Positions 39,560-48,397 of a stretch of DNA of 64,000 bases are shown in pieces (position 1 is the first letter of the stretch; each line of letters opens with the position of its first letter). Source of the stretch: a virus; the IMG/VR virus record IMGVR_UViG_3300037502_002729, positions 1 through 64,000 of that record, one strand, 5' to 3'. The notes beneath the pieces are model-generated. The model had not been told where the DNA came from. It was given only the letters and a program-made list of their open reading frames with translations, and searched no databases. Both the position numbers and the translations under genes were made by a program.

Positions 39560-40243
39560 ATGAATTATATTGAAAAACATTTAAATTTATCAAAAAATTT
39601 AAATAAATTATTAAATGAAGAAATATGTAAAAATGGAAAAAATAATTTAAACAATTTGCTAAATAATGGTTTTTTTTTAAAAAAAAATATACTAACTGAA
39701 GCAGCAATTGAACCAGTAGAAGGTTTATTAATTAAATATAGAAATTTTTATTACAAAAATATTGCAAAAAAAATTTATAATGAAAAAATAAGTTATACTG
39801 GTTTTAGTGATGTTAAAATTTATAACCATTCTAATATTTTACAAAATCCAAATTATTATTTTATATTAACTTTTAAAACAGGTGATACTGGGACTTATTC
39901 TGCTGATACTAAAGTGATGTTATATAATTTACCAAAACAAAGATTTTTTTATTATGAATATGATAATAGTTCTGTTGCAAAATGGAAAAAACCAATTATA
40001 GGATATACACCTTTAGGAAGGGGAACAGAACTTGATTTTTATGAAGATTCAATTGATGCTTTAGTTCTTTCTGCAACAACAAAAGAAGTGAATTTTGGTG
40101 TAGAAAAATTTAAAATGGATCGTTTATCACCTTCACCTGATTGGTCAAAATCATTCCCAGCAAGTAAAATATTTGAAGATTTTGATGAATATTCAGAAGA
40201 TTTGTTAAGAGCTAAAAACCAAGTAATTAAAAAAATAACATAA
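39560..40243 (+). CDS. hypothetical protein
   Basis: 227-aa ORF; LLNEE and ILTEA motifs. Confidence 0.6.
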   Translation: MNYIEKHLNLSKNLNKLLNEEICKNGKNNLNNLLNNGFFLKKNILTEAAIEPVEGLLIKYRNFYYKNIAKKIYNEKISYTGFSDVKIYNHSNILQNPNYYFILTFKTGDTGTYSADTKVMLYNLPKQRFFYYEYDNSSVAKWKKPIIGYTPLGRGTELDFYEDSIDALVLSATTKEVNFGVEKFKMDRLSPSPDWSKSFPASKIFEDFDEYSEDLLRAKNQVIKKIT

Positions 40244-40248
40244 ATCTT

Positions 40249-40347
40249 ACAGATAGCATCTGTTGATTATAAATCGGATTTTTTAAAAAGAGGAGGTGTT
40301 CAAAATTTGGAAAAGGTTGGTGATAAGCCAACCTTTTCTTTTTTTTT
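40249..40347 (+). other. structured 3' element with orphan extended Shine-Dalgarno, followed by a terminator
   Basis: Hairpin ACAGAT-AGC-ATCTGT, AAATCGGAT, AGGAGGTGTTC (40291-40301), terminator AAAAGGTTGG...CCAACCTTTT. Confidence 0.5.
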
Positions 40348-41014
40348 AACCCTTCTTTGACATAATAACTTTATCAATTATTCCATAAGCCAAAGATTCA
40401 TTTGCATCTAGCCATAAATCCCTACTAGCATCAGTTTTAACAACTTCTGGATCTTTTCCACAATATTGACCTAGCAAGGTGAACAAAATATCATTTGTTT
40501 TTTGCCATTCTTTCATTGTGATTTCAGCATCTTGAATATTCCCAACAGCACCCCCAGAACTCTGGTGTAACATTGTTTTGGAAAACCGCAAGGAACTTCT
40601 CTTTCCTTTTGTTCCAGCACCAAGCAATATTGAACCCATTGATGCAGCCATTCCTGTGTTCACTGTGGCCACATCACACTTAATGTAGTCCATAACATCA
40701 ACAATTGATAAACCTGCCTTCACAGAGCCACCAGGGCTATCTATATGCAATGTTACATCAGATGAATCAGATGAATCCAAGAACATAAGTTGAGCCTGGA
40801 TTATGGTGGACATTCTATCTTCAACTGGACCTGCCACCCATATTAACCTATCTCTCATCAATCTTGAGAAGATATCAATTTGTGTTGCCCTCATTTCCCT
40901 TTCTTCAAGGATATAAGGTGTCATAGATGCAGATACATTTTTTTCAAAATAATCCAAATGGGATGATGGTTTTCCCAAGTGATCCACATAATAAGATTTA
41001 AATTCATTCTTCAT
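40346..41014 (-). CDS. clpP: ATP-dependent Clp protease proteolytic subunit
   Basis: DIFSRL, IDSPGG, GMAASMG, MLHQ, RDLW. Confidence 0.96.
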   Translation of the reverse strand: MKNEFKSYYVDHLGKPSSHLDYFEKNVSASMTPYILEEREMRATQIDIFSRLMRDRLIWVAGPVEDRMSTIIQAQLMFLDSSDSSDVTLHIDSPGGSVKAGLSIVDVMDYIKCDVATVNTGMAASMGSILLGAGTKGKRSSLRFSKTMLHQSSGGAVGNIQDAEITMKEWQKTNDILFTLLGQYCGKDPEVVKTDASRDLWLDANESLAYGIIDKVIMSKKG

Positions 41015-41048
41015 ATTATCCTTTTTTCAAAATATAATAAAAAATAAA

Positions 41049-41537
41049 TTAATAAGCAAATGATGATTTATAATCTTCCCATATTTTTATAATGGATGAA
41101 TCATTTGATAGAAATGATGGTGTTCTTGGTGTAAACCTTAAAGGCATTTTGGCTTCATCTGGTGTTTTATCCCCCTTCTTTAGGTTACAAGGTAAACAGC
41201 AAGTTATTAAATTATTCCAAGAATTTTTACCCCCTCTTGATTTTGGAATTATATGGTCAATTGTTAATTCTTTTTTTGACCCGCAATAAGCACATTCATT
41301 ATTATCTCTTTTATATATACGTTGTCTATTAACTCTTAAATTCTTCATCTTATGTGAGATATATTTAAGAAGCCGGATTATCAATGGTTTTTCATAATGA
41401 GTTGTTTCTGTTCTTATAACTTCAAAACCATTCTTTATAATTTCAGCTTTTCCCTTAATCACCAATATAATAGCTCTTTTTAGTGTTGTAATATTAAGTG
41501 GTGTATAATCTGAATTTAGAACAAGTATTGTTTCCAT
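41049..41537 (-). CDS. HNH endonuclease
   Basis: LVLNSDY, RDNNECAYCG, TIDHIIPKSRGG, CLPCNLKKG. Confidence 0.9.
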   Translation of the reverse strand: METILVLNSDYTPLNITTLKRAIILVIKGKAEIIKNGFEVIRTETTHYEKPLIIRLLKYISHKMKNLRVNRQRIYKRDNNECAYCGSKKELTIDHIIPKSRGGKNSWNNLITCCLPCNLKKGDKTPDEAKMPLRFTPRTPSFLSNDSSIIKIWEDYKSSFAY

Positions 41538-41565
41538 ATTTTTTTATTAAAAATATAATAAAATA

Positions 41566-41601
41566 AAAAAAGGGTTGCAAGTATTTTGGCAACCCTTTTT
41601 T
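41566..41601. terminator. intrinsic terminator
   Basis: AAAAAAGGGTTGC...GCAACCCTTTTTT. Confidence 0.75.
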
Positions 41602-41603
41602 AA

Positions 41604-41687
41604 TTATAAGTTTATGGCTTGAAGCCGTGTTTGCAATTTCAACATCCGATTTTCTCCAAAAAGACATAACATGTTTGATATTTTCAT
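41604..41687 (-). other. stand-alone small transcript: 27-aa ORF or sRNA
   Basis: MKISNMLCLFGENRMLKLQTRLQAINL between TATTTAT (41708-41714) and the terminator. Confidence 0.45.
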
Positions 41688-41784
41688 ATTATATATTGTT
41701 ATATTTAATAAATATTTGTTTATAAAAAAGTGTGTATTAATTTGGATATAAAAAAAATATAATTATATTTATACTAAAAAAAAT

Positions 41785-42108
41785 ATGGAACTTACAAAAG
41801 AACAACTAGTAGAAAAAATAAATGCTGGTGAAAAAATGGTTGTGGACTTCTATTCAAATAATTGTGGTCCTTGTAGAATTTTAAAACCTATGTTTGAGCA
41901 TTTGGCAAACAAATTAAAAAATAATAATTCTGATGTTTCATTATACACATTTAATATCCAGACTGATGTTAATTATGCTGTTAATGAAGTTGGAGTTAGG
42001 GGTGTCCCAACAATAAAGAGTTACTTGGAAGCAAAGGAAAAAGAAACAATTGTTGGATTGCCAAGTATGTTTGAATTAGAAGGGTTAGTTACTGCATTAA
42101 ATGGATAA
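41785..42108 (+). CDS. thioredoxin
   Basis: VDFYSNNCGPC, GVRGVPT. Confidence 0.88.
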   Translation: MELTKEQLVEKINAGEKMVVDFYSNNCGPCRILKPMFEHLANKLKNNNSDVSLYTFNIQTDVNYAVNEVGVRGVPTIKSYLEAKEKETIVGLPSMFELEGLVTALNG

Positions 42109-42138
42109 TAAGTATATTTATATATAAATATATAGAAT

Positions 42139-43044
42139 ATGCTACGTATAAGTGAAAATGAAAAAAAATATATAAGGTCTTTATACTATACTAAAAATAT
42201 AAATGAGCAAGGCTCTGCTGATTCACCTAGGTCTTTTATGAATCCTACTCAATATTCTAGGTATAATGAAAAAGAGGCAAAAGAATTAATAGACACATAT
42301 AATAATGTTATTACTAGATATGATGTTAGTACATCAAATGGTATTCATAACTTATTAAGTGATGCACAACTTACAGCAGCATTTGCAACTGGTGGTGTTG
42401 CTGATAATTATATTGGTTTATTACATTCACTTTATTGGTTTTATGAGGGTTTAAATTTACCTGAAAATGATGAGAATAGGACTAAAAAATTTATACTTGG
42501 TGTTATTGAATTAGTATTGGCTGTGCCAGGTTTTGCTGAATTAACGCCAGTTGCAAAATGGAAAGATACTATAGTGAATCAACCAGTTGTTCATTCAATA
42601 GATAAAATTAATAATATATTTACTCCATTTTGGAGGAAAATAGAAGATTATTTTAAAACTATTAATAAATCATTAAATGATATGCTTGTTTTCTTTTTAG
42701 AAATAAATTTTGATTTATTGGCAAATATATGCAAATTTCTTTTAGATAAATTTGATGCTATAAATTCTTGGTTTTTTAAAATGGTTGAATATATGAAAAC
42801 ATTAGGGGGTGGTGTTTTGAAAAAAGTTGAATCTAGTGCAAATGTTTATGTTACTGGTCAAAATGCTGAAAACTTAAAAAGTGGTGTAGAAACAATCCTA
42901 ACAAGTCCTAATCCAAAAGTACAAACTAATCCAAATGTGTATTCCCTATCAAATATACCAATGAATGCACAAGATTCAACAGATCCTGCACAATACCAAC
43001 CAAAACAGAACCCTACTCCGCAAAAAATCACCAAAAAATTCTAA
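42139..43044 (+). CDS. hypothetical protein with leader and hydrophobic hairpin
   Basis: MLRISENEKKYIRSLY...INEQ. Confidence 0.6.
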   Translation: MLRISENEKKYIRSLYYTKNINEQGSADSPRSFMNPTQYSRYNEKEAKELIDTYNNVITRYDVSTSNGIHNLLSDAQLTAAFATGGVADNYIGLLHSLYWFYEGLNLPENDENRTKKFILGVIELVLAVPGFAELTPVAKWKDTIVNQPVVHSIDKINNIFTPFWRKIEDYFKTINKSLNDMLVFFLEINFDLLANICKFLLDKFDAINSWFFKMVEYMKTLGGGVLKKVESSANVYVTGQNAENLKSGVETILTSPNPKVQTNPNVYSLSNIPMNAQDSTDPAQYQPKQNPTPQKITKKF

Positions 43045-43097
43045 TCATTATTTGAATGGTGCTTAATTTTTACTATTTTTAAAAAAAAACTAAAAAT

Positions 43098-43811
43098 ATG
43101 ACAGACAACAAGGCAATTTTGATTGGACACTATGGTGGAGATAATACACATAGTTTGGCAGCATGGAGTTCAACTTTCTTAGATTTGGAAATACCTATGC
43201 CAGAGAATATAGATGAAAGGGTTGATGCAATTGTTGACTATATTGTGAACAATTCAAAGAAGATTAGGAATGTGGAACAATTATTGCTTTATTTGGGACA
43301 AGAAGGGCATAATTCGCCTTTTAGGTTTAGCGCCTTACACTTTGTCACAACAACAGAAATAGCCACTCATATTCAATTTTTAAAGCATTCTGTGGCATTA
43401 TTAGCAGAGAATGCAGAATCAGCAAGATATAAGGAATTAAAAGAAGATAAATTCTATTTGCCAAAAGATTGGCTTGAGTTTGGAGAAAAAGGTAAATTTT
43501 GGTATGATACATTAAATGCTCAAAGTGAGAAATTGAATAAAATGTATCATAATTGTTTTAAAGATTTGGTTGAAGCAGGAGTGCCAAAAGCAAGAGCAAA
43601 GGAATCTGCTAGATTTTTCAAGATGTATAACTCACAGCTAAATAGTAATAAGTTCCTATCATTTGATGGGTTTGTCCAAATCTACAAGAAAAGATGTTTG
43701 GAATCACCATCACAATATGAGATTGGTAATGTTGTTGAACAAATGCTTAATCAGATTAAAGAAATACCTGGAAACCCATTTAAATATTCATTAAAAGCAT
43801 TTGGCTTATAA
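43098..43811 (+). CDS. thyX: FAD-dependent thymidylate synthase (divergent)
   Basis: GHNSPF, KH...ESARY, FYLP, AKESARFF, SQYEI. Confidence 0.8.
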   Translation: MTDNKAILIGHYGGDNTHSLAAWSSTFLDLEIPMPENIDERVDAIVDYIVNNSKKIRNVEQLLLYLGQEGHNSPFRFSALHFVTTTEIATHIQFLKHSVALLAENAESARYKELKEDKFYLPKDWLEFGEKGKFWYDTLNAQSEKLNKMYHNCFKDLVEAGVPKARAKESARFFKMYNSQLNSNKFLSFDGFVQIYKKRCLESPSQYEIGNVVEQMLNQIKEIPGNPFKYSLKAFGL

Positions 43812-43843
43812 AAAAAAGGGCTTATATCACTATAAGCCCTTTT
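43810..43843. terminator. bidirectional terminator
   Basis: AAAAGGGCTTATA...TATAAGCCCTTTT. Confidence 0.75.
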
Positions 43844-43861
43844 CTATTTTGGCAAATTTGA

Positions 43862-44083
43862 TTATTTACCTTTTTTTGCAACTTTTGGAGTTTCAACTGG
43901 TGTTTCAGTAGGTGTAATAACTGGGGTTTTTGAGATAAAAGACCACACAGCACCAATTAATGTAGAAAGACCACCAATGATTTCAGTTACAACTGTTTCA
44001 TCAACAAGGCCTTTTGTAACTAGAATACCACCAAAGAATGTAAGTAAATGTCTAACAACTCCTAGAATCTGTTCTTTAGTCAT
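43862..44083 (-). CDS. putative holin-like membrane protein
   Basis: MTKEQILGVVRHLLTFFGG; two TM segments, basic tail. Confidence 0.6.
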   Translation of the reverse strand: MTKEQILGVVRHLLTFFGGILVTKGLVDETVVTEIIGGLSTLIGAVWSFISKTPVITPTETPVETPKVAKKGK

Positions 44084-44160
44084 TTGTTTTTTTTTTAAAA
44101 AAATGTTTAGATATAACAATATTGTTATATTTATAAATATATAAAAAATTGTAAAAATTT

Positions 44161-45738
44161 ATGAATAGTTTTAATTTATTTAGATTAGATGAGGGTGCAG
44201 CTAGGAAACCAAAATATATTTCAGAAAATGAATTCCAATTTGTTTATGATTGTATTAAGGGAAAATATAAGAGTATTGTAAGTGAGGCAGATAAAGATAA
44301 ATTGCGGGACAAAATATTAAGTTATTTGACTGTAGAAACTACTTTTGAGGAAAATGTTAATTATGGTAATTGTGAAGCTGCTATGGCATATATTAAAAAA
44401 TTAAAAAAAGATAATCCTAATAGTGAAGATTTATCAAAAGTTCAATTATTTTGTAGTACAGTACCAAAATTTATGAATGAATGGATTCAAAAAATATTTG
44501 ACAATATTGTACAAGAAAAAAACTACCTTCTTCGTAAAAATTTCATTTCATTACATATAGATATTTTTATTGATTTTTTTACAAATAGGGAAAGCGCAGA
44601 TATTGTTAAAAAAACACCAAAAAGTTCACTTTATGATAGTTTGGTTGTATTGTATGATTCAAAATTTGATAAAAAAAATAGTTTAATCTCATTTGAATTT
44701 AATAATGAAACTAAAAATTTTATATTTAAATTATTAAAAATTTATTTAGGTATTAACCAAAAAAATCAACCTAAAAGTAAAACTTATGGGCATAATGATT
44801 GTAGAAGGTTAGATACAACAATTAGAAAACTTTTATGTGCAATAACTCATAGTAGACGGTCCCCAGATTATTTTAAATTTGAAAGAGGGTTTGAACATTC
44901 AAATCAATTTAAACCATTTAAAGGTGGTATTGCTTATAATATATCCACAATTGATGATTTAAATGCTGCTGGACAAATTGAAAAATATAGTGATGAAAAA
45001 GAAGAATCTATTACTCAACAAAAAGTATATGTTGGATATATTAATTTATTAAAAATAATGTTAGCAAGTGATAGTATTAAAGAATTATATAAAAATTGCC
45101 ATCAAGAAAATGAAAACTATACTAATTGCAAAGTTAATAATTCAAAGGTTAAAGAAGAAGTTAGAGAAATTTTTAATAATACAGTTTTTTTACAAATAAT
45201 TAATAATGAAAAAATGACAAAAGGTGATGTAATGGTGACTAATCCTGTTTCTTTATGTAGAAATTATGAAGAAAATGTTTTAGTTAAAGATGATATTTTA
45301 GAATTAAAATACTTCACCATAAAGGATATTGTAGATAAAGATTATATTGTTCATATAACAAGAATATTAGAACCAGATTTTAAAAAAATATATGCCAATA
45401 TTGATTATAATACTTTTATTAAAAATAATGGAGGTGATTCTAATTTTTTTATTAAATTTTTTAAAGAATTAATCTCTACTATAATAGAGATTTCCCAAGA
45501 AAAAATTGAAAAAGATTTTGAACAAATTAAAAATACATTTTCAAACTTAAATGGTTTAATAATTGCAGGACCAAAGTATGTTAAAAATGAAAATTGGAGA
45601 ATTTTTATAGATAGGGGTACTGGTAAACAAAGAGGTATTGGTGTGGCTATTAATGTAGAGTTACCACCAGATTTTGCAACTAAAGCAAGAGATATTTATT
45701 ATGTTAAATCAAGGAATCTTTTCTGTTTCAAAAACTAA
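44161..45738 (+). CDS. hypothetical protein
   Basis: 525-aa ORF; TATTTATA upstream. Confidence 0.6.
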   Translation: MNSFNLFRLDEGAARKPKYISENEFQFVYDCIKGKYKSIVSEADKDKLRDKILSYLTVETTFEENVNYGNCEAAMAYIKKLKKDNPNSEDLSKVQLFCSTVPKFMNEWIQKIFDNIVQEKNYLLRKNFISLHIDIFIDFFTNRESADIVKKTPKSSLYDSLVVLYDSKFDKKNSLISFEFNNETKNFIFKLLKIYLGINQKNQPKSKTYGHNDCRRLDTTIRKLLCAITHSRRSPDYFKFERGFEHSNQFKPFKGGIAYNISTIDDLNAAGQIEKYSDEKEESITQQKVYVGYINLLKIMLASDSIKELYKNCHQENENYTNCKVNNSKVKEEVREIFNNTVFLQIINNEKMTKGDVMVTNPVSLCRNYEENVLVKDDILELKYFTIKDIVDKDYIVHITRILEPDFKKIYANIDYNTFIKNNGGDSNFFIKFFKELISTIIEISQEKIEKDFEQIKNTFSNLNGLIIAGPKYVKNENWRIFIDRGTGKQRGIGVAINVELPPDFATKARDIYYVKSRNLFCFKN

Positions 45739-45968
45739 TTATTCTTTTTTGCATTAAAAACTTCTGCAAACTTTTCACTTGCAACAAAACCTAATCCAGC
45801 AATTGCCAACCAAACCAAACCTTCAAAAACATAGTTAGTTATTGTAAAATCTGAAAATAAATCAACAATTGATGCAAATATGATTGTCATTGATGCTGAA
45901 ATACCTATTGATCTTTTACTTGAAATTTCCCCATTTGCTGTCAATAATGATTTAAAAAACTTTTTCAT
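45735..45968 (-). CDS. putative holin-like membrane protein
   Basis: ISSKR followed by two TM helices; coupled to the M23 gene. Confidence 0.55.
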   Translation of the reverse strand: MKKFFKSLLTANGEISSKRSIGISASMTIIFASIVDLFSDFTITNYVFEGLVWLAIAGLGFVASEKFAEVFNAKKNN

Positions 45969-47131
45969 TTCATAATACTAATTATTCTATTTATTTCAGT
46001 TATTAGTTGTTTTGATATAATCTTATTTTCAAATTTATAAGGTTCAGTAAATGATTTTGATATATTTGACAATGAAAAATCATAAGGTTGATTTAATGAA
46101 TTTGTAATATTTGATGATGAGAAATCATAAGGGCTAACAAATGACTTTGTTTGTGATGTGGTTGGAAAAGTATATCCTGTATCAACATCATCATTTTTAG
46201 AGAATTTATATGGTTCTGATTGTTTTTTTTGTTTTTCTTTTAGTTTTATTTTAGATGTTAGCCCTAAAGTAACTGTTACATCAATATATGAATTTTCTTG
46301 TGAAAAACTAGCAATTAAGTCTCCTAATACTGCATTTTTTTTATTAAAGTTTATATCTTCTGAGCATATTTTTACTATATAATTTTTTGAATTATGAGAA
46401 ACTGATATTTTATGGCAATTACTAGATGATGTGTTATTTACCTTACATGTTTTGAATTTACAATAAAATTTTGTAGCATCAGGGTTATACATGTAATCAC
46501 TACTAAAATTATCTTCACTAGAATTAAATGAATTTTGAATAATACTACCTATTTCTGTTAAACTATAATTTGGTTTGTCCTTTACTGATTCAACAGTTAT
46601 ATTATTTTTTGTATTTTTTCCACTAAAATCATATGAATCATCTTTTAGTTTTTGACTAAAATCATATGAATCATATTTAACTATAGGTTCATTATTAACA
46701 TCTTTTGGTATTAGTTGCCCACTTATCACATCTTCAGGATTCAAAAATTCCCCCCTTCTAATTACTTCAAAATGTAGATGAGCACCAGTTGTATGACCTT
46801 TACCAGGGTCATTTTGATCACCCCCACTTAATCCAATAAGTTGACCAACTTTAACAACATCTTTAGGCTTAACTAACACTTTTCTCAAATGACAATATTT
46901 TGTAACAATATCATCATTATGTTTTATCTTAATGAATCCACCACAAGTACTCCTATTTGGATCACTATCTATAACAACCCCATCTGCTGGGGCAAAAACT
47001 TCAGTTCCAGATTTAACACCAATGTCTAAACCTTTGTGTTTTTTATTACCCCTAACTGCATTAAATTTAGAGGTTATTAGACTTTTTTGATAGTTCTTTA
47101 TTGGTGGATATAGAATATTTTCAATCAACAT
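45965..47131 (-). CDS. M23 family peptidase
   Basis: HKGLDI, YCHL, GAHLHFEV. Confidence 0.9.
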   Translation of the reverse strand: MLIENILYPPIKNYQKSLITSKFNAVRGNKKHKGLDIGVKSGTEVFAPADGVVIDSDPNRSTCGGFIKIKHNDDIVTKYCHLRKVLVKPKDVVKVGQLIGLSGGDQNDPGKGHTTGAHLHFEVIRRGEFLNPEDVISGQLIPKDVNNEPIVKYDSYDFSQKLKDDSYDFSGKNTKNNITVESVKDKPNYSLTEIGSIIQNSFNSSEDNFSSDYMYNPDATKFYCKFKTCKVNNTSSSNCHKISVSHNSKNYIVKICSEDINFNKKNAVLGDLIASFSQENSYIDVTVTLGLTSKIKLKEKQKKQSEPYKFSKNDDVDTGYTFPTTSQTKSFVSPYDFSSSNITNSLNQPYDFSLSNISKSFTEPYKFENKIISKQLITEINRIISIMK

Positions 47132-47166
47132 AATTTATATATTTTATATATAAATATAGTAAATGA

Positions 47167-47772
47167 TTAAACTATTTTTTTAACATCAATCAAATCACAT
47201 AATTTTTTTTGGTATTCATCAATATTTCTACTTTCTTTTAATTGTTTTAGTAATTTTAAGTCCTTATTTATTATGTGTTGATTTTCATTTATTATCTTCT
47301 TAACATAATGGACATATGTTTTATTTTCAGCATATATTCTATACAAGAAATCAAAATAATCATCCCTTGACTTTTCTTTATTTCTAAATAAAAATTCTTG
47401 AAATAATTTATAATCTTTAACACTATCTATCCAGCAATTATAAGTTGAATAATTTTTATTAACCCCTACTGCAACAGTTGGTCTTCTTTCAGGGTAACGC
47501 ATACCAAATAGATTGTTGTTTTCAACAAAAATTTGACTAGACATATATCCACTTTCTAATATTGCTTGGGCAAAAACAATGTCTGGATATTTTATATTAT
47601 TTTCAAGAATTTCAAAATATAGAAAAACTAATTCAACATTATTTTCCTCCATTAATTTTGCTTCATCTATTTTCAAAGAGGGAATTTTATTTTGTTGAGG
47701 TTTAAAACCTACTACTTGCCCAAATAAGCAAATATTTCCAATTACACATATTGTGTATAATATTTTTTTCAT
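47167..47772 (-). CDS. glucosaminidase (GH73-like) domain protein
   Basis: AQAILESG, NNLFGM, YAE; N-terminal signal-like segment. Confidence 0.8.
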   Translation of the reverse strand: MKKILYTICVIGNICLFGQVVGFKPQQNKIPSLKIDEAKLMEENNVELVFLYFEILENNIKYPDIVFAQAILESGYMSSQIFVENNNLFGMRYPERRPTVAVGVNKNYSTYNCWIDSVKDYKLFQEFLFRNKEKSRDDYFDFLYRIYAENKTYVHYVKKIINENQHIINKDLKLLKQLKESRNIDEYQKKLCDLIDVKKIV

Positions 47773-47805
47773 AAAATTATTTTTAAAGTTTTATATAATA
47801 AAATA

Positions 47806-47830
47806 GAAGAGTCATATAATATGACTCTTC
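47806..47830 (-). terminator. terminator downstream of tmRNA
   Basis: GAAGAGTCATAT-A-ATATGACTCTTC inverted repeat. Confidence 0.6.
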
Positions 47831-47833
47831 ATT

Positions 47834-48255
47834 TGGTGGAGACGCAGGGAATTGAACCCTGGTCTTGCTCGTAATTAAGTAAATAGACTACATGTTTATT
47901 CCATAGATTCTGTATGGACACATAAGACAGTTCATATTTTGCCATTTGATCTGCCAACTGTGGAGGGTTCACTTCTGCTATTTGCATAGACTAACAGGTA
48001 GCACCCCTAACCAAAACCTTTGACACAATAAGTAGTATCACACTATGAGGCTTCTGTTCCTAGGTTATATGCCCACCGACCTGGGGTTGTTATGACTACT
48101 AAGCCGCAACAACAGCATCTTCACGTACAAGACCTAAAGTTGCTAAAGTTTCTAAAGTGTTGCCATTTAAAGGCTTGAACCAGTTGTTAATGAGGTTAAT
48201 TCAGCCCCAACATGCCTACTTACACAATCCACGCCAATCGATACCTTTCGTCCCC
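47834..48255 (-). ncRNA. ssrA: tmRNA
   Basis: 5' GGGGACG pairs with 3' CGTCTCC-ACCA giving G3:U70; T-arm GGTTCAATTCC; tag ORF 48164-48099 GNTLETLATLGLVREDAVVAA then TAG TAG. Confidence 0.95.
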
Positions 48256-48264
48256 TTGTCTTTG

Positions 48265-48324
48265 TATAAATACCTCACTTGTTTTGAGAATACAAATATA
48301 CATCCCTTTTTTTGATTTTCCAAA
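48265..48324 (-). promoter_or_regulatory. dual tmRNA promoter (host-type plus late-type)
   Basis: TTTG-N20-TATATTTG (48324-48293) and TATTTATA (48272-48265). Confidence 0.65.
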
Positions 48325-48397
48325 TGTTTTTATATAAATTTTATTAGAAGTTTACAAAAATTATTTTTATATTTGCATTTAATAAAAACAAAAAACT

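Noticed and set aside
40307-40348. Tiny TTG-start ORF downstream of the extended SD
   Set aside because: Only 13 codons, weak start, and lies entirely within the terminator hairpin
41049-41537. HNH as an intron or intein homing endonuclease
   Set aside because: Free-standing; neighbouring genes, terL and portal appear uninterrupted
47834-47870. Stand-alone tRNA or integration site
   Set aside because: It is the 3' tRNA-like end of tmRNA; no integrase or att duplication was seen
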